From contig QCVQ01000002.1 of assembly GCA_003210315.1 (NCBI GenBank), positions 7,333 through 71,332 of the forward strand: a DNA stretch of 64,000 nucleotides, written 5' to 3'. A program made the translations under genes and the position numbers. Shown here piece after piece: positions 1 through 10,200 of this stretch. Origin of the DNA: Synechococcus sp. AG-686-F08. GTDB taxonomy: Bacteria > Cyanobacteriota > Cyanobacteriia > PCC-6307 > Cyanobiaceae. Each line of letters opens with the position of its first letter. The stretch's first letter is position 1. The notes beneath the pieces are model-generated. The model saw only the letters and a list, made by a program, of their open reading frames with translations, was not told the origin of the DNA and did not search any database.

Positions 1-1123
1 ACGCCAAGCAGGCCCTGATTTCTTCATGACTGACGTCATCCACAATCGATACAGCACCGATGCCTGACGGCAAGACAAAGCGAAGACGACCGTGACGGAC
101 TTTTTTGTCACCTTGAAGCGTTTTGACGACCAAACCAGGATCGAGATCAGGCCATTGGCTGGGCAATCCAGCCTTTTGGATCAAACGTGATTGTCGTTCA
201 GCGTCCGTTTGGGTCATGACACCGCGCTGCACGGCGAGAGCAGCCACCGCCACCATCCCAATGGCCACAGCTTCGCCATGAAGCCAGGTGCCGTATCCGG
301 TGAGCGTTTCGACCACATGACCGAACGTATGGCCGTAGTTGAGGATGGCCCTTTGACCACCTTCTTTTTCATCAGCAGCCACAACAAGTGCTTTTGCTTG
401 GGCAGAACGTTCGAGCATTGTTGCCAGCAGCTCTTTAGAAATTGAGTGAGGGCTGTCAAAATTGATGGATCGTTCGAGCAAGTCGAACAGATCTGAATCT
501 CCGATCACCCCGTATTTGATGACCTCAGCGAGACCAGCTCTAAATTCCCGCGTGGGAAGGGTTTGAAGCGTATCTGGATCAATCATGACCAGCCGTGGCT
601 GGTGAAAGGCGCCGATCAGATTTTTACCACCTGGGTGATTCACACCAGTTTTGCCACCAATCGCGGCATCCACCATCGCCAGCAATGTTGTAGGGACCTG
701 CACGACACCGATTCCACGCAACCAGCAAGCTGCGGCAAAACCTGTCATGTCACCAACAATCCCACCCCCTAAAGCGAGCATGAGTGACTGGCGCTCTAAC
801 CCTTTCTCTTTGGCAGCATCAAGGATCGTGCTGAAGGTGTTCAAAGTCTTCTGCTCTTCACCCGCGGGGATCGTGAGCAAGGTGGCCTGAAATCCAGCCT
901 GTTCGAGGCTTTGAAGACAACGACTTCCATAAGGAGTCGCAACATCTTCATTGCTAACCACCAGAATTTTTGTCTGTTCGCGAATCCCTAGTCGAAGCAA
1001 TTCAGGCCCGAGATGGTCGATTCCTCCTGCGCTGATGACGACGTCATAGGGATTGCGTTCGAGTGCAACGCTGAGACGTCTTACAGCTACCTCTGATGTG
1101 GAGCTCAGTTGGGATTGGGTCAT
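1..1123 (-). CDS. aroB: 3-dehydroquinate synthase (3' end runs off the window)
   Basis: Manual minus-strand translation from CAT 1121-1123 gives [30 protein letters not shown], then [41 protein letters not shown] and DKKVRHG. Absent from the ORF track because the stop lies outside the window. Confidence 0.95.
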   Translation of the reverse strand, partial: MTQSQLSSTSEVAVRRLSVALERNPYDVVISAGGIDHLGPELLRLGIREQTKILVVSNEDVATPYGSRCLQSLEQAGFQATLLTIPAGEEQKTLNTFSTILDAAKEKGLERQSLMLALGGGIVGDMTGFAAACWLRGIGVVQVPTTLLAMVDAAIGGKTGVNHPGGKNLIGAFHQPRLVMIDPDTLQTLPTREFRAGLAEVIKYGVIGDSDLFDLLERSINFDSPHSISKELLATMLERSAQAKALVVAADEKEGGQRAILNYGHTFGHVVETLTGYGTWLHGEAVAIGMVAVAALAVQRGVMTQTDAERQSRLIQKAGLPSQWPDLDPGLVVKTLQGDKKVRHGRLRFVLPSGIGAVSIVDDVSHEEIRACLA

Positions 1124-1170
1124 GCCGGCCGCTGTGACGGCTCTATTCTCCTTCAAACCACCTGGCGCTG

Positions 1171-2070
1171 GTGATGGCTCTGCCTTCGACGTCCAAACAG
1201 CGGTCCACGCTGATTGCTTGGGGATTTTTAGCTCCTGCTCTAATTCTTCTGAGCCTCTCAGTATTGGTTCCTGCATTAATGGCGCTGGTGATTAGTTTCA
1301 CGCAAACAGGCCTAGACGTCACCGAACCACTCAAATTCATTGGCTTCGCCAACTTCCAGCGACTTCTCGGTGATCCAATGTTTTATCAGGTGCTTGGCAC
1401 CACTTTGATTTATCTATTCGGTGTCGTTCCACCGATTGTGATCGGCGCCCTAGCCCTGGCGGTTCTTGTTAATCGAATCCTCCCAGGTGTGCACATCCTG
1501 CGTGCTGCTTTCTACACGCCAGTGTTGGTTTCAATTGTTGTGGCTGCAATCGCCTTTCGTTGGCTTTACGCTGAAAACGGTTTAATTAACGGTTGGCTTG
1601 CCGCTTTGTTTGGTCAGGGGTTTATTCCCATTGATTTTTTAACCAATCCTTTTTTAGCCCTTCCCTCAGTGATGCTCGTCACGCTTTGGAAAGGTTTGGG
1701 TTATTACATGGTGATTTTTTTGGGAGGACTTCAAGGAATCCCAAAAGAGCTGTATGAAGCCGCTGAGCTGGATGGAAGTGAAGGTTGGAGAAAGCACGTT
1801 GATATCACGCTCCCCTTGCTCCGTCCGTACGTGACCCTCGTAGCCGTGATTTCGGCCATTGCTGCAACCAAAGTGTTTGAGGAGGTCTTTTTGATGACAC
1901 AGGGAGGTCCTGCAAACTCAACACGCACCCTCGTGTATTACGTCTATGACCAGGCTTTTGCAGAACTAGAGATCAGTTATGCATGCACGGTTGGACTCGC
2001 TCTGTTCTTACTGGTTTTGTTGCTCACGGCCATTCGACTTGCGTTCGGAGGAGAACGAAGCCTGATTTAG
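1171..2070 (+). CDS. Carbohydrate ABC transporter permease (LacF/MalF-like)
   Basis: Several TM helices; EAA loop [10 protein letters not shown]; TQGGPANST motif. Confidence 0.9.
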   Translation: MMALPSTSKQRSTLIAWGFLAPALILLSLSVLVPALMALVISFTQTGLDVTEPLKFIGFANFQRLLGDPMFYQVLGTTLIYLFGVVPPIVIGALALAVLVNRILPGVHILRAAFYTPVLVSIVVAAIAFRWLYAENGLINGWLAALFGQGFIPIDFLTNPFLALPSVMLVTLWKGLGYYMVIFLGGLQGIPKELYEAAELDGSEGWRKHVDITLPLLRPYVTLVAVISAIAATKVFEEVFLMTQGGPANSTRTLVYYVYDQAFAELEISYACTVGLALFLLVLLLTAIRLAFGGERSLI

Positions 2071-2097
2071 GGCTGCCATCGTTGCTAAAAGGGGAGA

Positions 2098-3300
2098 ATG
2101 GCAAGCTTCACTCTGACCGATCTGCAAGGGATGCCCAGCGTTGACAACACAATTGGTGTAATCGGTGGGGGGCAACTTGCCCTGATGCTCGGTGAAGCAG
2201 CGCAAACCAGAGGTTTGACGCTTGCGGTTCAGGCGTCAAACGCTGAAGACCCTGCTGCCTCGCTGGCGAAGGATTTAGTCATTGCTGGATCGACAGATGC
2301 TCGTGCAACGAGGGAGCTTTCAACGCATTGCGCCGGAATTACCTTCGAAAACGAATGGGTCGCAGTTGATGCATTGATGCCTCTTGAGCGACAGGGAGTG
2401 CAATTCACGCCATCACTAGCGAGCTTGGTTCCTCTCGTTAATAAGTTGTCGCAGCGACGCCTTCTTGACGATCTGCTAATTCCAAGTCCGGAATGGATTT
2501 CATTAGCTGAACTCAATCCTGGCTCGCCATCCTTACCGAGCGGTTGGACTTTTCCTGTGATGGCGAAGGCGGCCTATGGCGGGTACGACGGCAAAGGCAC
2601 ACGGGTTGTAGAAGATCTAAACGGCTTGGCTCAGTTGCTTCGCAACGTCGACGCGAATGAGTGGTTAATCGAAGCCTGGGTTTCCTATGAGCAGGAACTT
2701 GCCCTCGTTGTAAGCCGAGATTCAAAAGGGCGGATTCGAAGCCTGCCCTTAGCTGAAACGCATCAGAAAAACCAAGTTTGTGACTGGGTCATCGCACCTG
2801 CACCGGTGAGTCAACTCGTTGAAGCAACGGCCTACAACATTGCGGCCTCACTTCTCACAAAGCTCAGCTACGTAGGAGTGATGACATTGGAGTTTTTCTA
2901 CGGGTCAGAGGGTTTATTTGTAAATGAAATAGCACCTCGAACGCATAATTCAGGGCATTTCTCAATTGAGGCTTGTTCAAGCAGCCAATTTGATCAACAA
3001 CTCTGTATTGCCGCAGGGATTGATGTCCCCAATCCAGAATTCATTGCCGATGGCTCCTTGATGGTCAATCTGCTTGGTCTCAGTGCTGACCAGGCTGAAC
3101 CACTGGAAGAACGGCTTTCAAAACTACGCTCGATCGATGCCCTGCATCTGCATTGGTACGGAAAAGACGAGATCCCCGGGCGCAAAGTGGGTCATGTCAC
3201 CACCTTGCTCAATGGACATACAGCTGATGAGCTTGGCGAGCGAGGCCAGCAAATGCTGCAAAGGATTCGTGAAATCTGGCCTCTTCCCCTAAATTGGTAG
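2098..3300 (+). CDS. purK: N5-carboxyaminoimidazole ribonucleotide synthase
   Basis: IGVIGGGQLALM, GGYDGKG, NEIAPRTHNSGH, GRKVGHV. Exact start uncertain. Confidence 0.96.
   Translation: MASFTLTDLQGMPSVDNTIGVIGGGQLALMLGEAAQTRGLTLAVQASNAEDPAASLAKDLVIAGSTDARATRELSTHCAGITFENEWVAVDALMPLERQGVQFTPSLASLVPLVNKLSQRRLLDDLLIPSPEWISLAELNPGSPSLPSGWTFPVMAKAAYGGYDGKGTRVVEDLNGLAQLLRNVDANEWLIEAWVSYEQELALVVSRDSKGRIRSLPLAETHQKNQVCDWVIAPAPVSQLVEATAYNIAASLLTKLSYVGVMTLEFFYGSEGLFVNEIAPRTHNSGHFSIEACSSSQFDQQLCIAAGIDVPNPEFIADGSLMVNLLGLSADQAEPLEERLSKLRSIDALHLHWYGKDEIPGRKVGHVTTLLNGHTADELGERGQQMLQRIREIWPLPLNW
3290..3295 (+). promoter_or_regulatory. Putative -10 element (TAAATT) for the 6S RNA, inside the last purK codons
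   Basis: TANNNT hexamer ending 5 nt before the predicted RNA 5' end at 3301. Confidence 0.45.
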
Positions 3301-3482
3301 AGAACTGCTGTGTTGGTGACGGCCTTTTCTAGTGCTCTGATCTGACTCTCTTTCGACATGGGGTGACTGTCGTATTGGTGCCGTAAACCGGCCTTGTAGC
3401 CGGAAACTAATCCTCTCGAAATCTTTCGCCCCTTCTGGTAACTCCAGGTCGAACACTGGGGCTCGCACGGCACAGCGGTTCT
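3301..3482 (+). ncRNA. ssaA: 6S RNA (6Sa/SsaA)
   Basis: The 5' end AGAACTGCTGTG pairs with the 3' end CACAGCGGTTCT (one G-U), closing a structure of about 182 nt. The position directly downstream of purK is the known cyanobacterial 6S locus. Confidence 0.88.
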
Positions 3483-3901
3483 CCACCTTCAAAACCAAAT
3501 ATCCAGTAAGAAGCTTTTTTAGAAAACCTCCGAGTTTCGCTCGAAGGACATCAGAAAGGCCGCACCAACAGATTCAGATTAGGCAATTAATCATGACCTT
3601 AAGACCCTTTTCATGAAGATTATTGCCCTGTGATTCACTATTTTAATGCTTTAATGAGAATCACTGCGTAAATCATTTGCTTTTGTTTCCCTAAGCTTTC
3701 ACTTAATAAAATCACGCTAAGTCAGTAGTCAGGATAATGACTTGTGAAATGAATTTACTTGCCTCGCATCATGCAAATAAAAGCTGTCAGGCCTGCTCAA
3801 AATAGTCATTTATTAAGGAATTATTAAAAAAAAGATCTTGTCCACACAAGCTGGTCATATCGACTAAAATTCGCGAAATCAATTTTTTCCGATTTTCCAG
3901 C

Positions 3902-4420
3902 ATGAAATCGATCGTTTTTTCTGTGGCTTGTGCCCTTAGTATTGCCACGCCTGGTTTTTGCGGAGATCTTGGAAGAGCTGATCTAGAATCTCGTAATGAT
4001 CTTCCAACTAGTTATAGTTATTCTGCTAATTGTTATGGATCGTTAGATAAGCCTCAGGGCCCCGAATGTGTAATCGATTTTGTTGATGGCAAGATGTCAG
4101 TCGATAATTCTTCGGGTATTACTCCAACTCAGCTTGTTGCGGTATCTGAGAACTGGTATCCATATGGATATTATGTGAATTTACAATATATTACTTCAAG
4201 GGGTGACACATCCATTGCACAATTTTCTTTTCTTAAAAAATCGGTCGCTAAGCAATTTATAAATACAATTGTTCTTTTTAAGAGTGGAAATTTAGTTCCA
4301 GATTCATCATCCGACGACAATGCTAAGATAGAAATTGAAACATACGAGTCTGACGATCTTCCGGTAAGTGATTCGATCGAGCGCAGTACATGCACAGGTC
4401 CATCAATTTTGTGCTTCTGA
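3902..4420 (+). CDS. Hypothetical secreted protein in an AT-rich islet
   Basis: 172-aa ORF with a signal-peptide-like N-terminus, two Cys pairs and its own terminator. Confidence 0.75.
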   Translation: MKSIVFSVACALSIATPGFCGDLGRADLESRNDLPTSYSYSANCYGSLDKPQGPECVIDFVDGKMSVDNSSGITPTQLVAVSENWYPYGYYVNLQYITSRGDTSIAQFSFLKKSVAKQFINTIVLFKSGNLVPDSSSDDNAKIEIETYESDDLPVSDSIERSTCTGPSILCF

Positions 4421-4455
4421 ATTTTATTACTTTCTGAGTTTTCAATTCTCAGTAT

Positions 4456-4482
4456 AAGAGAGGTTTTTCCCTCTCTTTTTTT
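4456..4482 (+). terminator. Rho-independent terminator
   Basis: AAGAGAGG-tttttc-CCTCTCTT followed by a T run, 35 nt after the stop. Confidence 0.8.
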
Positions 4483-4747
4483 ATGCCTGCATTCACCTCT
4501 TGATTAGCTTAGTAAAGACTTTGCGTTACTGTATTTTTTAATTCATTCAGGTTAATATAGATCTTTCCATTAATGAGATAATAAGCTTGCTTTTCATCCT
4601 AAATACTATTGCGTAGGCAAGACGATCCACTTATGCTTTTGCGTGGATATTTTAGAGTGCTTTGATGAGAGTCTATTTTGCCGGTTAAAACACAACAATC
4701 AACGATTGCTATGTTTAAGCTATGAATGGTATGAAGGGCTCATAGCT

Positions 4748-5023
4748 TTAAGGTTCCAGAGAAGCTAATCGTTCAATCAATTCTGTTTTCTCCAGAGTTG
4801 TAATGATAAAAACCTCCTGAGCACTCCTTCCGCGCCGTGCCATCAATTTGAATCCACCTCTTATCGGGACCGATGGTCTCAGGGTTAAATCTTGGCATCG
4901 TCCCTTGACCCTTGCAATCACTCCTGGGGTGATGGTCTGGATCTGTGGGTCATTTGCCAACACCTTGAGCCAGGGTATGAGCCCCTTCACGTAGGTGCTG
5001 TGGGTAATGACAAGACGGCCCAC
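4748..5023 (-). CDS. DUF2103-like conserved protein
   Basis: GRLVITHSTYVKGL...ITPGVI...ARRGRSAQEVFI pattern. Confidence 0.75.
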   Translation of the reverse strand: MGRLVITHSTYVKGLIPWLKVLANDPQIQTITPGVIARVKGRCQDLTLRPSVPIRGGFKLMARRGRSAQEVFIITTLEKTELIERLASLEP

Positions 5024-5087
5024 TAGGGGTTCAAAAATAAAGCTTGTTTAAGTTAGCCACTCTGGCTAAAGATCTGGTAAGTGTTCC

Positions 5088-5324
5088 TTGCGAGCCATGC
5101 TCCGATCTGTCGACTCCCTCACAACTGAGATCTCAGGTCCGTTGACATCTCGAATGGGCCCTAAAACCAAGATCCTTACGGCAGAGGTGCATGGCGATGA
5201 AGTGCGGGGGCTCGCTCTTTGTCCTGGAAAAGTGATTCGGTACGTCTTTGCTGCGCAAACCCAACGCCTACGTACCAAAGCTCTGCTGTCCCTAACCCGC
5301 GCCACGCGTAAACCTGCCGCTTGA
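5088..5324 (+). CDS. Small basic hypothetical protein
   Basis: Fills the gap between the divergent DUF2103 gene and the convergent PucC-family gene. Start may be the ATG at 5097. Confidence 0.6.
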   Translation: MRAMLRSVDSLTTEISGPLTSRMGPKTKILTAEVHGDEVRGLALCPGKVIRYVFAAQTQRLRTKALLSLTRATRKPAA

Positions 5325-6725
5325 TTAACCGTCGATTTCGGCCATCAACACCATGTCTAGCCGTTGTGTTGTGGTTTCTCTGAATTGACCGACGCTGAGC
5401 TGATTAAGAACAATCAAAGCTCCTGCCATAACAAGAATTTCGATCGAAAAAACTAAGCCATAACCAGCCATCGGACCAGCATTAGGTAGAAGCTGACGCC
5501 CCAGATCAAGCAGACCCCCCCCGACGACCTTGCCCAACCCCCGTGAGAGAGCTTGCGCTAATCCCCAAATCCCTACAAAGGTTCCTGCCATCTCTGGAAG
5601 AGTGAGATCAAGCATCAAGGTCAGTGCGCTGTTGGTACCAATGCCAGCGGCTAAACCAAACAGCACCATGACAACGGGTAGAAGTCCGGAAGCTTGCTGC
5701 CAGCCACTGATCACCAACAGGAATAGGGAACCCATCACCATCCAGCAACCCAAACGGGCAGTTCCCAACTTTCCCAGTTTTGGTGTAATAAACCAGCCGG
5801 CTAAAAGCAAACCAATAAGTGTGCCTGATCCCCACCAAGCATTGAGCAAAGTGGTTTTAGATACAGGCATCCCAAAGACCTCAGCACCAAAACTTTCCAG
5901 AATTGGATCCTGTAAAAACAATCCAAGAGTAAATAAAACTAAAAAGCCAAAAAAGATGACGATTTGACGACTTGAGGTGACAACACCCCATGCATCTTTA
6001 AGTGTGATCAAATCCTGGGCAGGTCGAACCGTTCCACTTGTAGTTGGTTTTTCTACTCCCCAGGTCGAAATAATGGTCAAGACCATTACGAGCGAAGTAA
6101 TCGAAATCATGAACTTCTGGAGCCAGCTCTGAAGAATCACGGGATCGGAAATACCGTCGATGGAGCTGACCGCAAGACTGATTGCAATCGCGCCTACGAT
6201 GATGCCAATGGTGAGCATCGCCCAAATCACACCAATGCATCGCGGCCTTTGCTCTTCCGTTGTGCGATCAATGACGAGGGCTAAATAGGACGTACTCGCT
6301 AAGGAAGTACCTAATCCATAAAGAGCAAATAAACCACAAAAAGCGGCAATTCCAGCGGCAGCTATGAAAGGTGATCCGCTATCTAATGCTTCCTTGACTT
6401 TAAAACTAACGGGAACACTTAAAATCGCCAAAAGACAGATGGCGACGGTCCCGAGCAGAACATAAGGCGTCCGATGTTTGCCCATTAAGGGATGGGAGTC
6501 ACTGAGATGGCCAAACAACACCCGTGCCGGTGAAACCAGTTGCTCAAATCCCAAACCGCCACCTGCCAGCAATGCAGGAAAGGCGAGCTCTGTAATCAGA
6601 ATCCGATTAAAGGTCCCAGTGAAAAGTACCGCGAGGGTTCCAAGACAAGCCTGAAAAAGACTTAATCGGAGCAGGGTTGGCCAGCGAAGACCTTGAATCT
6701 CGTTAATTTCAATGGAAGCAGCCAT
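5325..6725 (-). CDS. PucC/BCD-family MFS (chlorophyll delivery) transporter
   Basis: LRLSLFQACLG, NRILITEL, GHLSD...HRTPY, QDPILESFG, AGTFVGIWGLAQA; about 12 TM segments. Confidence 0.88.
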   Translation of the reverse strand: MAASIEINEIQGLRWPTLLRLSLFQACLGTLAVLFTGTFNRILITELAFPALLAGGGLGFEQLVSPARVLFGHLSDSHPLMGKHRTPYVLLGTVAICLLAILSVPVSFKVKEALDSGSPFIAAAGIAAFCGLFALYGLGTSLASTSYLALVIDRTTEEQRPRCIGVIWAMLTIGIIVGAIAISLAVSSIDGISDPVILQSWLQKFMISITSLVMVLTIISTWGVEKPTTSGTVRPAQDLITLKDAWGVVTSSRQIVIFFGFLVLFTLGLFLQDPILESFGAEVFGMPVSKTTLLNAWWGSGTLIGLLLAGWFITPKLGKLGTARLGCWMVMGSLFLLVISGWQQASGLLPVVMVLFGLAAGIGTNSALTLMLDLTLPEMAGTFVGIWGLAQALSRGLGKVVGGGLLDLGRQLLPNAGPMAGYGLVFSIEILVMAGALIVLNQLSVGQFRETTTQRLDMVLMAEIDG

Positions 6726-6730
6726 GGGCG

Positions 6731-7021
6731 TTAATTGCGTTCCAACGGTGCCATCGTGAGTCCCTCGCTACTGAGTTGTTGGTGGTAGAGCTCTGCGGGC
6801 TCCAATGGCCCTGCCCATACTTCTGCAGCACCTTCTCCATCGATTTGATGGGCCAGGGTCCAAGCCTTATCGCTATTCATCCCAGGGATGATTTTGCATA
6901 AACACTCAACCACGTGTTCGAACGTGTTCACGTCATCGTTGAGAACGATGACTCTGGCATTCGGGTAACGCAGGGTTGTGCGTTCGGGCTGAAGGACGCT
7001 CGCGGTTCCAGGAGTTGCCAT
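6731..7021 (-). CDS. clpS: ATP-dependent Clp protease adaptor ClpS
   Basis: [16 protein letters not shown] motif. Confidence 0.93.
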   Translation of the reverse strand: MATPGTASVLQPERTTLRYPNARVIVLNDDVNTFEHVVECLCKIIPGMNSDKAWTLAHQIDGEGAAEVWAGPLEPAELYHQQLSSEGLTMAPLERN

Positions 7022-7100
7022 GGTCATAAGAAGTAATGAATCAACCAGTCAGTTCCGCGGGGGAACCTGGGTAAACTCTCTTCATTCAAGCGTTATTTCA

Positions 7101-7202
7101 ATGCTGTTCACCATTGCCTGGGCATCCCTCGCTGCTGTCTTCAGTTTCTCGATCGCGATGGTGGTCTGGGGCCGCAATGGCGATGGCACCCTGAATTTCT
7201 GA
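7101..7202 (+). CDS. petN: Cytochrome b6f subunit VIII
   Basis: [33 protein letters not shown]. Confidence 0.95.
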   Translation: MLFTIAWASLAAVFSFSIAMVVWGRNGDGTLNF

Positions 7203-7203
7203 A

Positions 7204-7353
7204 GTGAACGAAGCACTGCAAGCTCCCATCGTCAGTCAGGGATTGGCGATGACTGCTGCGGTTCTTTTGGTTTTTGTCAGCGTGATAGTCGCTTACCTTT
7301 CCACCATCGAGTGGAAAGATCGTCGTCGCAGGCGTTCTCGTGACCGCAGCTGA
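7204..7353 (+). CDS. 49-aa single-TM microprotein (not in the ORF track)
   Basis: GTG 1 nt after the petN stop; MNEALQAPIVSQGLAMTAAVLLVFVSVIVAYLSTIEWKDRRRRRSRDRS; overlaps the start of the next ORF. Confidence 0.72.
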   Translation: MNEALQAPIVSQGLAMTAAVLLVFVSVIVAYLSTIEWKDRRRRRSRDRS

Positions 7354-8785
7354 TTCACTCCTGAAGATCTCCACCTACCGATCTCTCGCTCAGTCCCTTC
7401 CCGTCACAACACTGGGTTTAGGGACTGTTTTATTGGGCGGTCTGATTGGTGTCACTCTGAATCAGCCATCACTTCAAGACGATGGAATCCCTGTATCGCT
7501 AAGTCGCGTCTCAGGTGCCTTCAGCTTGATGCAGTCCTTTCATGGTGATGCAAAACGCCCAGTCCCCAAGCTTTGGAACCAGCGACTAGGACTGGTTCGA
7601 GCTGGGAATTTATGGAAACGCCAGGGGCGTTCGATCTGGTGGCAAGGATGGTCAGAGGATGGAGATGCCTATTTGATTCTTCCTGATCAACTTCTTGTAG
7701 CCGACACCAAAAATCTCCGCAAACACCAGGTGTTGGGATTGACTTTGCTCGGCTCCGATGAGCTGCATCGTCAACAACTCATTCAAAGACTTCAGCGTCA
7801 GCCCGAACGTCCCTCTCAACCAACATCCCTTCAAAGACGGTGCATGCAGCGTCTTGCGAACGCTCCTGGTGTGTTTTGGACGAGTGATGCACTCGCTGCC
7901 ATTAGTGGAACGACAGCTCCGTTGCTTCAGCAAGGAAGTCATGGCTGTCTTGGACTGCGCCTCAAGGGCAACACTCTTCACTGGGGCGGATACGTCGGCA
8001 ATCGAGCGATTTCTCTTGCTGCATCCCAACCCAAACAAGGTTGGACTTTTTCAGTATCCGATCGTCAAACACCACCAAATTTTGACCAGGAAAGCCTTCT
8101 CGAAGTGCATGGAGCCCGTGTTGATTTGATCCTGGGCACGCTGTTGAGTCGCCAGATCATCCAAGAACCCTTGGAATCTCAGTATGGAGTGAATCAATCA
8201 ACACGATCAAGGCTTGCGCTTTCACCATTTTCACTTCGTTTGCAACAACAAACCACAGGTGCATACAGGGCTGGGCTTCAATTTCAAGCCCCGCTGCCTG
8301 GAGGTGCTGCCGCGTGGGCCACAGTTCTTGATCGAGTGAGCATTCGTTTAGAGGAACGCGGCTTTCAACGCTCTCATTCGGCTAAAGACAAAGCAAAAAC
8401 CGCTGATGCTGTGATTTGGAAAGATCAACGATCAGGACAGGACAAGGTTGTGGGGGGTTGGCGTTGGTTGCAACAACCACAAAAACCACCGCTCTTGAGT
8501 GCAGGATTAGCAAGTCTTCCTGACGCTAAACCCTTTTATCAAGCACTCCCAGCGTCCTCTAATGCAGCGCTGAAGCTCAATGCCCGCACGCGCAACCTTA
8601 TGTCTCTACGACTCATGAATGGAGCTTGGCCTGCGCTTCTACAGAAGGCCGACTCCTTACATCTTCAAATCAAACCAGCCATGTCTTCTCCCAACCTGAA
8701 GGCATCAGGCCAACAGGCGTGGTGGGAGATCAGTGGTCAGTTAGTGCTCTCTTCCGCAGCTGAATCTTCAGACGACTCCGATTGA
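7340..8785 (+). CDS. Hypothetical membrane-anchored protein
   Basis: 481-aa ORF with an N-terminal hydrophobic segment. Confidence 0.75.
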   Translation: MTAADSLLKISTYRSLAQSLPVTTLGLGTVLLGGLIGVTLNQPSLQDDGIPVSLSRVSGAFSLMQSFHGDAKRPVPKLWNQRLGLVRAGNLWKRQGRSIWWQGWSEDGDAYLILPDQLLVADTKNLRKHQVLGLTLLGSDELHRQQLIQRLQRQPERPSQPTSLQRRCMQRLANAPGVFWTSDALAAISGTTAPLLQQGSHGCLGLRLKGNTLHWGGYVGNRAISLAASQPKQGWTFSVSDRQTPPNFDQESLLEVHGARVDLILGTLLSRQIIQEPLESQYGVNQSTRSRLALSPFSLRLQQQTTGAYRAGLQFQAPLPGGAAAWATVLDRVSIRLEERGFQRSHSAKDKAKTADAVIWKDQRSGQDKVVGGWRWLQQPQKPPLLSAGLASLPDAKPFYQALPASSNAALKLNARTRNLMSLRLMNGAWPALLQKADSLHLQIKPAMSSPNLKASGQQAWWEISGQLVLSSAAESSDDSD

Positions 8786-9480
8786 ACGTCCGCTGCCTTT
8801 GATTCGCTTGCTTGGGAATCAGCCACCTGACGATCGCGTTTGCGTCGTTCTGCCGCCAGGGTCTCTTCAATCAGCTCAACGGCCTGAGCCATCTTTTCAA
8901 GATTGGAGGTGTAAAGGCTTAGGTCCTTGTCCAGACGAGGTTTGGAGAGGCCTAATTGCTCTCCAATTTCATGAGCGAGAGTTTTTAGTTCAACAGGATC
9001 TGAGGGTTCGCCACCCTGAGCGGAGGAGAGCAAGCTCAGCAAGCCCACAGCCATTAGACGCGAATAATGAAAAGATTCACCGCCAACGCTCGAGATACCG
9101 GACGCTAAGGGCTCTGGAGCCCCAGCACCGCGATTGGAAAGCCATTCACGTACTTCGTTGATGGTGTGACCAGAAACAGCTGAGGTTGATCCCTCTGCCA
9201 GCTGTTTCAGCGCTTCCGGATCAAACCCATTGCAGGTGCAAATCGCCCCATAGAGCTCATCGAGGTGTGATTCTGGTTTGTAGCCCTGGGTGAATGCTGT
9301 AAACACCTGACGCAAGCCCACAGCAAACAAGGCATCGCTTTTGAAATGCTGTTGATGACTGAGAAGATGCAGCTCTACCAAGAGCTCATCAGCCGTTCTC
9401 CTATACAGAGACGGAATCACGTAAGGAAAGGCTGTATGGAAGGCACGCTTGCTGTCAGCGATCGTCCGTTGATCCGTCAA
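8737..9480 (-). CDS. psb29: Psb29/Thf1 (PSII biogenesis, FtsH accumulation)
   Basis: TIADSKRAF...ELLVELHLLS...YSRLMAVGL...KDLSLYTSNLEKMAQA. Confidence 0.93.
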   Translation of the reverse strand: MTDQRTIADSKRAFHTAFPYVIPSLYRRTADELLVELHLLSHQQHFKSDALFAVGLRQVFTAFTQGYKPESHLDELYGAICTCNGFDPEALKQLAEGSTSAVSGHTINEVREWLSNRGAGAPEPLASGISSVGGESFHYSRLMAVGLLSLLSSAQGGEPSDPVELKTLAHEIGEQLGLSKPRLDKDLSLYTSNLEKMAQAVELIEETLAAERRKRDRQVADSQASESKAADVQSESSEDSAAEESTN

Positions 9481-9561
9481 GGTCCTTCAAAACCACTTTG
9501 AATCAAGACCATAGCGCCGCTGATGCCGCCGTTAGGATTGATCCAATTGATGCTATGCAAC

Positions 9562-10152
9562 ATGATCCCGATCGTGATCGAGGAATCTGGACGAGGAGAA
9601 AGGGCTTTTGATATTTATTCTCGTCTCTTAAGAGAGCGAATAATTTTCTTAGGCGAGCCTGTGACCAGCGATTCAGCCAACCGAATCGTTGCTCAGCTTT
9701 TGTTTCTTGAAGCGGAAGACCCTGAAAAAGAGATCTTCCTCTATGTCAATTCTCCAGGTGGCTCGGTGTACGACGGGCTTGGAATTTTTGACACCATGCA
9801 ACACATCAAGCCTGATGTACACACTGTCTGTGTTGGTCTTGCCGCAAGCATGGGTGCCTTCTTGCTTTGCGCCGGTGCTAAAGGCAAACGCAGCAGCTTG
9901 CAGCATTCTCGGATCATGATTCACCAGCCCTTAGGTGGTGCAAGTGGTCAGGCCAGTGACATTCGAATTCAAGCCGATGAAATCTTGTTCCTTAAAGATC
10001 GCTTGAACCATGAATTGGCTGATCGGACTGGACAACCTCTAGATAAAATCCAAGCTGATACTGATCGCGATTTCTTTATGTCTCCACAGCAGGCCATGGA
10101 GTATGGCTTGATCGACAATGTTATTGATAAGAGCCCTGTTCGCTCCGTATAA
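9562..10152 (+). CDS. clpP: ATP-dependent Clp protease proteolytic subunit
   Basis: [41 protein letters not shown]. Confidence 0.97.
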   Translation: MIPIVIEESGRGERAFDIYSRLLRERIIFLGEPVTSDSANRIVAQLLFLEAEDPEKEIFLYVNSPGGSVYDGLGIFDTMQHIKPDVHTVCVGLAASMGAFLLCAGAKGKRSSLQHSRIMIHQPLGGASGQASDIRIQADEILFLKDRLNHELADRTGQPLDKIQADTDRDFFMSPQQAMEYGLIDNVIDKSPVRSV

Positions 10153-10177
10153 AAAAAGACCCTCTTAACGAGGGTCT
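10151..10177 (-). terminator. Terminator for ftsH
   Basis: AGACCCTC-ttaac-GAGGGTCT preceded by an A run (U-tract on the minus strand). Confidence 0.7.
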
Positions 10178-10200
10178 GGTAAAAAGTTTTAATTAAGTTC

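Noticed and set aside
3192-3498. Two minus-strand ORFs (93 aa and 69 aa)
   Set aside because: They overlap the 6S RNA and the end of purK; best explained as spurious.
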